The translations under genes were made by a program, and so were the position numbers. Under the pieces are notes generated by a model. That model had not been told where the DNA came from. It ran no database searches and worked only from the letters and a program-made list of their open reading frames with translations. Positions 11,273 through 22,133 of a DNA stretch of 64,000 bases are shown here, piece by piece; within the stretch, counting starts at the first letter, position 1, and every line of letters starts with the position of its first letter. Source of the stretch: Paramoeba atlantica (lineage: Eukaryota > Protista > Discosea); assembly GCA_977017575.1 (NCBI GenBank), contig CDRNVI010000155.1, positions 2,985 to 66,984 on the forward strand, read 5' to 3'.

Positions 11273-14200
11273 TCATCCTTTCTGTTCTTTCCTTTCATCT
11301 CTTTTCTTTCTCAACTTCCAATACTTTTTAACTGATTTGCCAATTGGAATATCATCTTCGTGTACCCACTCTTTCTCTCCTCCTTTTTTCCCTCCTTCCC
11401 AAGTTACTAAATACAATCTATTTCCTTCTCTTCCTTTGTGATTGGACACTTTTCTAATTTTTGATTTTTCTTCTTCGAAAAAGGCTTCTTCATCAATAAA
11501 GTAACTACTCTCATCTCCTGTTGTCATATCTGTTGTATTTTCTCTTTCACTTTCTAATTCTTTCAAATCTTCTTCTTCTTCTTCTTCTTCTTCTTCTTCT
11601 TGATGTGATTCTTCTTCTTCTTCTTGATATGATTCTTCTTGATATGACTCTTCTTGAAATGATTCTTCTGGAAATGGATAATGCAGCTTTTTCTTTTTCT
11701 TTTTCTTCTTTTTTGGAGACATTATTGGGCTGTGGTAATGTCTCCTTTCTGTCTTTCTTTGGTCAGATTCTTGGTGAAACTCGTCATCATCATCTCCATC
11801 CATTGCCAAAGGATCATAACCCCTCCAGTATTGGAGGAGAAATTGAGTATAATCTGAAATCAAAAGGGATTGGTGGGATGAGCGAGAAAAAAGAGAAAAG
11901 AAAAGAAAAGTGAACCTTTTCGAAAATAGATTAACATGAATAAGATAATAAACAACCCAACAGTTCCAAAGACAATGAGTTTCTAAAAGGAGGAGAACAA
12001 AAAAGTCAAAAAAAAATACAAAAAGGGAAAGAGAAAGGAAAAAGCAAATCACTTGATAAGTAAAGAAGAAAAATGTCCATTCTGCTTTCGAAAGCCCTTT
12101 GACACCAGCAGGACAAGAGGGCTGTGCACACTAAAAAAGAATTTTGAGAAAATAATAATATTAAAAATGATCATCCGAATCTTAACAAGAACTAAAAAGT
12201 AATAATAAAATAATTAAAAGAAAATTATTTCTCACGTTCCTATCTTTCTATCTTTCCTTTTTCTCTCTCTCTCTTCTTTTCAATACAGGAGGAACAAACC
12301 TTGACACATTCCTCTTTATCAAATGAATTATCACAACAACCTTGGCAAAGTCTGTGGATTGAATAAGAAAAAGAGAAGGGAAAAAGAAAGAGAGAAGGGA
12401 AAAAGAAAAAGAAAAAGAAAGAAAAGAAAAAAAACACTCACTTGCATTGATAATTTGCGGTACAGCGACACTCCTTGAATTTGAAAAGTTAGAAAAGAAA
12501 AAGAAAAAATGAGAAAGAAACAAGCCAAAAGGACAGGAATGAAAGAGAAAAGAAAAGAGAAAGAAAAGAAAAGAGAAGGAAAAGAGAAAGGAAAAGAGAA
12601 AGAAAGAAGAGAGAGAGAGAGAACCTCGAGAACACAAGCATTACAAGTCTGAGAATCCTCATAGAGATGATCACAACATGCCCCACAAACATTGCATCCT
12701 CCCTCTAGACGTGGGTCACATTGGTGCTAAAAAAAGAAAGAAGAGAAAAGAGAGAAAGGGGGGAAAGAATGGGAAAGAGAAAGAGAAAGAGAAAGAAGAG
12801 AGAAGAAAAAGAGAGAAAAAGAAAATTAAAAAAAGAAAAATAAAATTATTAAAAAAAAGAATCAAAAAAAAAGAAGAGAAAAAACAAACAGGTTTTTTTC
12901 CTTGACAATTTTCTCGAACACAATCATCACAGCCAGCCTGAAAAAGAAAGAAAAGAGAAATAAGAAGAAAATAGAAAAAGTATTGTTTTCTTAACTTTTT
13001 GTTTTTCAAAGTTAATTCTAAATTTTGATTGAATTTTGAATGGAAATAAAGAAATAAAAGGGTTTAAATTATTTTCTATTATTATTTTTTTGATTCTATT
13101 GGTTTCTTTCTTTCTTTCTTTCATTCAATTTATTCCACGACATATCATTTTCCTCTCTTCTTTTTTTAAATAAATTAAAAAAAATCAAAATCAAAAACAC
13201 AACAAAAAACAAGACAAACAAACAAACAAACAAACAAAAAAAAAAAAAACCACAAACATGAGCAAGAAACCCCTGACAGCACTTATCACAAACATTACAA
13301 CTCCTAGGCTCACAAACATTCCCAACAACCCCCCCATCACCACCAGGACTAGGACTCGGAACACCCCCCAAATTTGGACTCGGACTCGGACTCGGAAACT
13401 CCTCAACTAAAAAGGGAGATGGCGCTGGACTTGGAGAAGGTGTTGGAGTTGGAATTGGTGTAGGAGTGGGAGTTGGAGTCGGAGTTGGAGTTGGTGTTGG
13501 AGTTGGTGTTGGTGAGGGAGATGGGTGGAGGGTCGGGGTCGAGGTCGGGGTCGGGGTCGGGGTCGAGGTCGGGGTCGGGGTCGGGGTTGGTGCTGGAGGC
13601 GCTGGGATTTTGGTTTCTGGGGCGGTGTAGATTGTGAGGGCCAGCTGTTTTTTGGTTGAGAGAGGAGAGAGAGAGAGAGAGAAGGAGAGGAGGGAGAGAG
13701 AGGAGGAGGAGAGGAGAGAGAGAAGGAGAGAGAGAAGGAGAGGGAAGATTTAGATTTTGTGGAAAAAAGAACAAATTTAAAAACAAACATTTTCGACTGA
13801 ACCAATATCTCCTTGAACATCATCAGCAATTTTAACAACCCAATCACCACCTTTCTGTTTTTAAAAAAATGAATCTCCCTCTTTGTAAAAGAGACAGAGA
13901 AACGAGAAGAGAAGAGAGAAAAGAGAAAGAAACAAGTGAGAAAATTCAAACCGTTTCTCCCCAGTGTCTCAGTGTTGTGAAAGTATAACGTGAATACTAG
14001 ATTTATGAAATTATTTAGAAAAAGAAAAAGAAATAATATTTGTAAAAAAAAAATTCAATAAAAAATAAAAAATAATTCAATAAAAGAGAAAGAACCAATG
14101 GCTGACTAAAATCTTTTGTGGCCATTCTCTGAAAAGTCACCAAAACTCGCTGTTGGATCATATCAAAAGATTCAAAAGAAGAGAGAGGACACCCAATGAT

Positions 14201-17200
14201 CGGCACCGAAAATTGAATTGGATCAACTTCTTCAAGAGTAAAAAAGAAGACAACTTTGACACCAACAAATTTGAGTCCAATGATTTGCATCTGAGAGAGA
14301 GGGAAAGGAAAAAAATGAATAATAAATAAATAAAAAAGCTTTTTTGAATCATAAATAAAATAAAAAGAACTTGACGAGAAAAAGAACAAGCTCCACTATT
14401 TAAAGCGACAATACCATCTTCATTTGTCAGACCATTCACTGCACAACTATTTTTCAAAAATTGAGAAAGAAAGAAAGAGAAAGAGAGGAAGAGAGGAAGA
14501 TAGAGAAAAGAAAAAGAAAAAGAAAAAGAAAAAGAAAAGAACGCTTCAGAGGAGAAAGCACAACAATCAGAAATCAAATAAAGCTTTTGAACTTCAATTG
14601 AAATTTTCTGTGAAAGAAGTAAGAAGAGAGGAAGAGAAAGATGAGAAAGAAAAGAGAGAGAGAAATAACTTGATGGTTTTCAAGAGCAGAATATGTTCTT
14701 TTATCTAAAGGAAATCCCGTTTTTTCCCATTTTTCATTTTCATTTTCCACCTTTTGAAGAGGAAGAGGAAGAAAGAAAAGAAAATTTAGAATGAACTTTT
14801 TTCTTCTTCTCTCTTTTCTTTCTCTCTCTTTATTTGAGAACAAACCTTCAAATAACTTCTATGAATATCTGTAAAGTAATATCCTCGTGCCTATTTTCAA
14901 TGAATTTAATAAAGAAAGAAAAGTAAGAAGAAAAAGAGAAAGGAGTGAAGATGAGTATGAAGAAAATAAGAAAGAAAGAAAAAGAGAGAAAAGCCTCTGC
15001 AAATTGAGAAGGGGTCCCAAAAGGAGAAGAGAGAAGAAAAGGGAAAATAAGAGAGAAGTGAGAGAAGAGAGAGAGAAAACCTTGGCAAGGTGAGATGGAG
15101 TACCAAAAGGAGAATAAAGAATTACAGATAAATCTGTAATCGCTCGGTGGTCACTTGTCAACTCCACCTGTTTTTATTTATTTTTTATTTATTTTTTATT
15201 TATTTTTTATTTATTTTTTATTTTTTATTTATTCTTTTTCTTTTATTCTTTTTCTTTTATTCTTTTTCCTTTTATTCTTTTAATAAAGAATAAAATAAAA
15301 GAGAAAAAAAGTAAAATAACCTCCACATGTTGAACATTAAATTCAGAATCACTACAAAAAGCCAATTAAAAATAATTTCAAAATTTAAATTTATCCAATT
15401 TGTATTTTTCTTTTTGTCTCTGTCATCTCTCTCTTTTTGAAAAAAGGATTAAAAATACCGAGCAGAAAATTTGAAAGAAACTCCTTTTTCGCTATCATCC
15501 GGAATTAATGTCTTCTCAGACCTACCAAAAGAGTTAAAATCAAGTGAGAGAGAAAGAGAGAAAGAAAAGAGGGAAAGAAAAGAGAAAAAAGAAAGAAAAG
15601 AGAAATAAAAAATAATAAAAACAAAAAAAAGTGTTTTCATACCAAGTAAAAGTCTCTTTTCTCCTTTTCGACATGTCAATTGGGATGCATTTTGTTGCGG
15701 CGAGAACTGCATTTCTTCCATTTACTACCCCAAAACTAAATCCATTTTAAATTAATAATTTTAATAATTTTATTAAATAATTAAATTTATTTTGAATTTA
15801 TTTTTATTTTTTACTTCCATTTAATTTATTTTTCATTTCTCCTTTTCAATTAACTTTCTTTTAACAACACAAATAAAATATTCAAAAATAAAAATAAAAA
15901 AAACAAACCCAAATCGAGAACTAACCAATCTCCCAGCTCCATTTCTTGTCCATTCATCATCTTCTGATGCACTTAATGGTCGAGCAGTCTCAATTAAAAG
16001 GGACTATAAAAGAGAGAAGAAGAAAGAGGGAAGAGAAGAAGAAAAGAAAAGAAAGAGGAGAAAGGGAGAGAGAGAAGAGAAAGATTATTAACTATTCTAT
16101 TAAAAACAAAAAATAAAAGAGATAAAAAAAACCTGAACATCAAGCCAACTCAAATTTGGATTTGCCTTTTTTTTTCAAGTGGTTGAGAAAAAGAAAGGAA
16201 TAAAAGAAGAGAAAGAAAAAAATGAAAGAAGAGAAAGAAAAAAATGAAAGAAGAGAAAGAAAGAGAGAAGAAAAGAAAGCAAAAAACTTGAAGCATTAAA
16301 GCGACAACTCCACTCACCACAGCAGTCGAAGCCTATGTAATAATCAATACAAAGAAAAGAGAGGGAAAAGAAGAGGAGAGAAGAAAAGAGAGAAAAGAGA
16401 GAAAGAAAGAAGAACCTTTGGTCCAGAGAGGATAAAGTCCTCTCCACAATAATCTGTGAAAAAAGAGTGAGTCAATTAAAAAAGAAAAGCGAAGGAGGAA
16501 AAAAGTAGAAAAAGAGAAAGAGAAAAAGAGAGAGAGAGAAAAAGACCATCATAATGAACATAAGGAAGATCAGTAGGGGCAGAAACAAGATAAGCAGCAC
16601 ATTGTGATGTCCCACTTCCCCCTTCTCCTTTTGTATTCACATCTGATACTGTTTTTTTTTTTTTTTTGATTGGAGGAATGGGAGAGAGGGAAGAGAGGGA
16701 GAGAGGGGGAGAGAAAGAGAAGAAAGGGGAATAGGAAAATGAAAATGAGAAAAGAAAGAAAATGAAAAAAAGAAAGAAAAAAAAAAAAAAAAGAAAAAAA
16801 AAAGAAAAAAAAGAAAATTTGAACCAGTAATAATTTCAGAAGGATTTTTATATCCATTATAATTACAATTTCCCTCCCACCCTCCTTCCTCTGCTGCAGT
16901 CAATATAATCGATCCCCTTTTTTAGAAAGAGAGCAGAGAAAGAGAGGTGAGAAAAGAAAGAGAATAATGCAAAAGGGAAGAGAGAAAGGAGAGAAAAGAG
17001 AGAGAAAAAAAATGAGTACTTTCCATCTCGTCCCATTTGAGTCATTTCAACAATCTAAAAGAAGAAATGAGATTAAAAAGAAAGGAAAAAAAAAGAAAGA
17101 AAGAGAAGAGAAGAGAGAGAGAACCGTTCTCTTCCAAGCCTCTTCAGGCTCCACTAAAATATTTGAAAAACCTATTTATTTCATAAGAGAGAAGAAAAGG

Positions 17201-18880
17201 GAGAGAAGAAAGAAAAGAGAGGAAAGAGGAGAAAGAGAAAGAGAAAAGAAAACAAACCAATAATCTCAAAATCATGAATATAAACAGAAACTTGATTTTT
17301 ATGATAACTTTGAATTGAACACAAATCCAAGAAAAGAAGAAAAGAAAGAAAGAGAAAAAAGAAAGAGAGGAAAAAGAGGAGAAAGAGAAAAGAGAAACAA
17401 ACCAATAATCTCAAAATCATTAATATAAACAGAAATTTGATTTTTGTGATAACTTTGAATTAAACACAAATCATCAATTCTAACACCATCAGGAAAAGAG
17501 AGAAGTTCTAAAATCGCAATTTTTGCTGAAAAAAATAAAAAAAAAGAATCAATAAAGAAAAGGAAAATGAAAGCAACAAAAAAAATTCTTTTCGAAATTG
17601 AAAGAAAAATGTTTCTTTCTTCTTCCTCTCTTTCCTTTTCTCTCCTTCCTCTCTTTCTTCCGAAAAGAGAGAATCCCAAAATAACATTTAATTTCAACAT
17701 TCTTTTTCCTGAAAATTCTATTTTTCTCTTTTCCTTCAAATGATTTTCCTTTTCAAATTACCAGCAATGCAACTCTTTGCTTGTGCAATAGCAGTATTCT
17801 TTCCTTCTTCTTTCTCTCCCTTTTCTTTCTCTCTCTTTTTCATTTCTCACTCTTTTTCCTTTAAAGTAAAATGCAAAATTACCAGCACAATGTCAACAAT
17901 ACAATTTTGATTATTCTTTGTGCGACAGCAAGACTTTGTCAATGTAGTGTCTTCTTCTCTCTTTCTTTTTCTTTCCTTTTCTCTTTTCTCTCTCTTTTTT
18001 CTCCCTTTCCCTCTCTCTTTCAAAAAATGAAAATTACCAGCAGATGCAACGCCAGCAATATAATTTTGATTATTAGATTAAGCGACAGCAATACTTGTCA
18101 ATGTAGTGTCTTCTTCTCTCTTTTCTCTCTTCCTTTCTTTTTCTTTCCTTTTTTCTCTTTTCTCTTTCTTTTCTATTTTTCCTCTCCCCTTCCCCTCTCT
18201 CCTTTCAAACATGAAAATTACCAGCATACGCAACGCCAGCAATACAATTTTGATTATTAGATTGAGCGACAGCAATACTTGCCAAAGCAGTTCCTTCTTC
18301 TAAAACTCCTCCTCTTTTATTTGTTAGACTTCTCATGGAGTTGGCTTCGTCATATTGGTTTTTTAAATCTGTTTTTTTTTTGTTGAGAGAGAGAGAGAGA
18401 GAGAAAAGGGGGTTGGGAAAGAGAGAAGGTTGGGGAAGAGAAGAGAGTTCTTTGCTTTCTGATTTGATTCTAAAAGTAAGGAATAGAAAAGAAGAGGAAA
18501 ACAAAGAAAGAAAAGAAGAATCATAAATTACCAGTTATATTTGAATCAACAAGAGGAGTAATTAAACCAATGACAACACCATTTCCATCATAACCTAAAT
18601 CCCACGCTCCCTTAAAAAAAGAGATGAGAGAAAAGAAAGAGAGAAAAGTAAAAGAGAGAAAAGTAAAAGAGGAAAAGCAAAAGAGAAGAGAAGAAGAATA
18701 AGAGAAGAAAGAGAAAAGGAAGAAGAGAAAAACCTCAATTTGAGCAGAAGGGTAAGGAGATCTCATTGGGAGATGCCATTCTTTCTCAACCAAAGGATCA
18801 TTTGGCAACGAACCACAAACAAAACCAAAGAGAAAGAAAAAGAACAAGAGAAAGAAGGAGAAGACAATCCGTGGCCCCAT
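11273..18880 (-). CDS. type I membrane protein: SP - inactive furin/kexin (S8B) domain - P domain with inserted PA domain - Pro/Thr stalk - 3 Cys-rich modules - TM - poly-Lys/acidic tail - chromodomain (about 25 exons)
   Basis: Exons give [115 protein letters not shown]. The TM exon [22 protein letters not shown] splices in phase (aaa g|gt...cag|at tat) to the last exon DYTQ...[22 protein letters not shown]. Confidence 0.8.
11313..11464 (-). other. chromodomain (C-terminal domain of the 11273-18880 gene)
   Basis: [49 protein letters not shown] fits the chromo pattern (ekIl.h......YLVkW.G....tWe.e.dl). Only the central Trp of the three-aromatic cage appears retained. Confidence 0.8.
17755..18310 (-). 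repeat. four tandem copies of the S8 His-region exon: one intact, three decayed
   Basis: Intact copy [29 protein letters not shown]|gt (about 18210-18300). Copy at about 18030-18115 has a TAA and has lost its GT donor. Copy at about 17875-17955 is frameshifted. Fragment at about 17755-17800. Confidence 0.8.
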
Positions 18881-19216
18881 TTTCCAAAACCTTTTTTTTT
18901 TGTTTTGTTTTTGAAGAAAGAAGAAGAAAAAAAGGGTTTTTGAGCAAAAGAAAAAAAATCCTTTCTTTTCTCCCTGTCCTCTCTCTTTTCGATCTCTCTC
19001 TCTTTTTCTCTTCTTTTCTCGCGAAAAGAAGGAAAAGAAGAGTTGGGCGTTTTTTTATCCATACCATCACATCTTTTCATTGAGAAAAGGTCCATACCCA
19101 CCAATTTTTTGAGTTTTTGGGAAAAGAGAAAAATTTTGGTGATTCTTTGAAAAGAATTTTATTGAAAGATTTTTGTACAACTGTCATAAGAGTCCGACTC
19201 ATGCGTCCATTTTTGT

Positions 19217-21202
19217 TCAAATTCGAAGAGATCGAGGATTTGGGTCACTGATTTTGGATTGAATATTCTCGGTTGTATTCTCGTCTGCACGAAAGAGAGC
19301 AACGTAAAATTTAGGGATGAAGATGAAGGAAAGGGTGGCAATGGCACGGTACATTGCTTGGATACACAAAAGGATGGTGCGTCCTTTGTACTGATCCAAT
19401 TCCATGGTGTAGATAAGAGGGAGGAAGATCAACTCCAGAATAGCAACATTGTAGAGAGCCAGACTGATCTCAGTTGTTTCACAGAAATACCCATGAAGTC
19501 GTCGTGTGAGATATGCCAAAACAATACCAGCACAAATCCACACACACAAATAACCCCACACTAATCCAATCCACAAGGCTTCATTCGTATCACCACAGTA
19601 CAAATATTGCTCATCTATTTCCAGGTCATCACTGGTTTCACGTGTCGCCTGGTAAGGGTCAGCCACTTGCCATGAAATTAAGATGATTAACATTCCAAGC
19701 AGACCAACTCCAATAGCTCCAAAAAGTTGGGGAATAGGAATGGCTGTGGGGAAAAACTTATGGGTCGTTCTGAACAATTTCCAAAATCGAAAGTTCTTAA
19801 CCACAATAGCACTCAACATCATCACAAATCCCAACATCTCCAGCCAAATAGGGACCATACAGACCGCATCTGTTGGCTTTTGGAGGTATGTGTAAGCCGC
19901 AGCAAACTGCATCCACCCGCCCACGAAAATGACAACACAAAAAATGGGAGAGGCGGTGCGAATGACGGGTGTGGTGACGAAAAAGAGGAAGAAGGCCAAG
20001 TAGATGAAAGATAATACCACACACAATGACACAATAACCATCATGGCAATGTAGAGCGCGGAGTCACTTTCCACATACACATCCACAAAATAGAAGTCAC
20101 CTTCAACTGGAGTCACATAGTCCAGCAAGTAAGGCATGCTATTTAAGACTGATGCACACTCCTCACCCATCTCAGGTTGGTCCTCAGGAGGAATTCCTGC
20201 GAGCGCATCTTCACCACAAAAAATGACTTCCTCTCCAGGGCCAGCAAGAAGGACACGTTCACGTTCACTGAAAAAAAGGGGCAAGATTTCTTCATCAACA
20301 ATCTCACTTGGAGGTGCAATATCAACAGACTCGAAATTATTCAAACCAGCAAGGACACGTCGATCAATTTCATGACCATCAAGATAACGTTGAACAATAT
20401 CGGTGTAGACCCCACCAAAGTTGAACATCGAAGATGTCAGAACTGAAGGACCCACTTTTGCACGGAAGTCATCAGTATATCCAGAAGAGTACACCTTCTC
20501 TCCTTGAGCATAAAGTTTTGCAACAATTGTGGAAGGGATAAAGTTGCCTGTGTATCCCATAATATTGTCAGCTCCCAACTGTAACAACTGTTCAGTTCCT
20601 TGTTTGTGCATTCGGTGGTCTGTAAACGAAGGCATAACAACAGTCAGGCACTCAACATTGGGATTGACTTTACGGGCTCCAAGACAGCAAGCATTGATCG
20701 ACTTTGCATTCGGCATCGCTAATGGACCAGTCAAAAATCCAAGTTTTTGAGTCTGAGACATGTGGCCTGCCACAATACCAGCTAAATATGACGCTTGATA
20801 GAGCAAGCCATCGATTGCAATTAAGTTTGGAAGATCTTCATCAAAGACAGTGGCTGGCATCTGGACGAAGAGAATATCGGGATACATTTTAGCCAAAGTG
20901 AGTGCCTCAGTGAGGAAACCAGTCGAGGTCAAAAATATGATCTTATATCCATCATTAATGAACTCTTCTGCTGTGGAGATTGTCATCTCCGGATCCCACT
21001 CGTTTGTTGTTACGACACTGGTAAGAATGGAGTTCTTGAGTGCTCTTGCCACATCTTGACGACCCATTTCGTGACGAAAGGACCAGGCGTGCTCCAGGGC
21101 ACCGTTCAGAAAAAAAAGAATCTTCGTGATTTGTCTCCCTTCATCCTCCTGGCAGACAACGAAACCAAAACAAAGGATCCCAAACAAGAGCGCAAATTTC
21201 AT
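19217..21202 (-). CDS. class C (7tm_3) GPCR with BMP/PnrA-type periplasmic-binding ectodomain, Dictyostelium Grl-like; intronless, 661 aa
   Basis: Signal peptide MKFALLFGILCFGFVVC (ATG 21202). BMP motifs (AWSFRHEMG, YQASYLAGIVAG, KLGFL, INACCLGARKVNPN) and 7tm_3 motifs (IRTASPIFC, VKNFRFWKLF, ETTEISLALYN, IFIPKFY). Confidence 0.9.
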   Translation of the reverse strand: MKFALLFGILCFGFVVCQEDEGRQITKILFFLNGALEHAWSFRHEMGRQDVARALKNSILTSVVTTNEWDPEMTISTAEEFINDGYKIIFLTSTGFLTEALTLAKMYPDILFVQMPATVFDEDLPNLIAIDGLLYQASYLAGIVAGHMSQTQKLGFLTGPLAMPNAKSINACCLGARKVNPNVECLTVVMPSFTDHRMHKQGTEQLLQLGADNIMGYTGNFIPSTIVAKLYAQGEKVYSSGYTDDFRAKVGPSVLTSSMFNFGGVYTDIVQRYLDGHEIDRRVLAGLNNFESVDIAPPSEIVDEEILPLFFSERERVLLAGPGEEVIFCGEDALAGIPPEDQPEMGEECASVLNSMPYLLDYVTPVEGDFYFVDVYVESDSALYIAMMVIVSLCVVLSFIYLAFFLFFVTTPVIRTASPIFCVVIFVGGWMQFAAAYTYLQKPTDAVCMVPIWLEMLGFVMMLSAIVVKNFRFWKLFRTTHKFFPTAIPIPQLFGAIGVGLLGMLIILISWQVADPYQATRETSDDLEIDEQYLYCGDTNEALWIGLVWGYLCVWICAGIVLAYLTRRLHGYFCETTEISLALYNVAILELIFLPLIYTMELDQYKGRTILLCIQAMYRAIATLSFIFIPKFYVALFRADENTTENIQSKISDPNPRSLRI

Positions 21203-22133
21203 TTCCAAAAAGGAAAAACGGAAAACGGACAAGCCCGCTGTTCTCGTCCAGGACATAAAACTAAAATAAATTCGGCAATGCTTCCAAAAATGGCCCTTTT
21301 GGCTGAAACAAAAGCAAGCAAAAGTTCCAGAAAAAGGATAAATTCCCAAGTTTAGTTAATTTTTCCAAAAAAGTTTTTCGTGCAATTCTGTTTCTGAAAG
21401 AAAAAATTTTGGCAAGGAAAAGAGTGGTGAAAGAAGGAAGGTCACAAAAAAAAAGATTCCAGAATAAAACACCAATTGTTTGGTGTCGAAGGAACTTGGA
21501 GTTCAAGAATTTTTTCTCTTTTCCATCGATGAGAAAAAAAAAAGCTGGTCGGGATTTTTTCTGTTTATTTTGCGTGAGCGTCTGGCTTTTTTTTTGGTGT
21601 TTTCTGAAGGAGACGCTGGCCCAAAAGCCAAAGATTAAACCTTTTTCACCTGAAAAAGAAAAGACCAGATGAAGCAATCGAAGACTTTTCAAGAGTCGGT
21701 CTTCTCCTGTTAAAGTCTTTTTTTTTGTGACCTTGAGGTTTCATGAAGCTTCCTTATCATCAAATTAATTTTCCTCCTGTTTGCCTCATCTTTTGTTTCC
21801 GATCCTGAAGATAATTTGGTGTTGACGAAGAAAGGGAAAGCAGACGATAGAGGGTGAGATCTCACCAAACAGCTTCGTGGAGGCATTTCGATGAGTTCTT
21901 TTCAAACCACGCGATTTGTTTGAAAAGGTTAGGGTTGTTTTCAAAAAAACTATCCTCGGATCTCATTTTCTTCGTTGGGTTTTCCTTTCAAAATTTTTAT
22001 TCCATCGCCAAGGGTAAAGATTGTTTGACCAAAATGTTTTGTTTCGATTGTCAACGATCTGTCTCTCCAGAGGAAGATGAACCCAACAAGAAAAGCAGAT
22101 TGGAATAAGTTTTGTTGATTTTTTTGTTACTCG

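Noticed and set aside
13440-13600. CRISPR-like or satellite array (ggagtt/ggggtc repeats)
   Set aside because: It is a coding Pro-Thr/Pro-Ser stalk of the pseudo-furin gene, with no repeat-spacer structure.
12200-18800. Dozens of short K/E/R-rich (plus) and F/L/S-rich (minus) ORFs
   Set aside because: They are translations of purine/pyrimidine-tract introns. The same artefact occurs at 3.2-3.9, 26.3-27.5, 34.6-35.9 kb and in the Copia LTRs.
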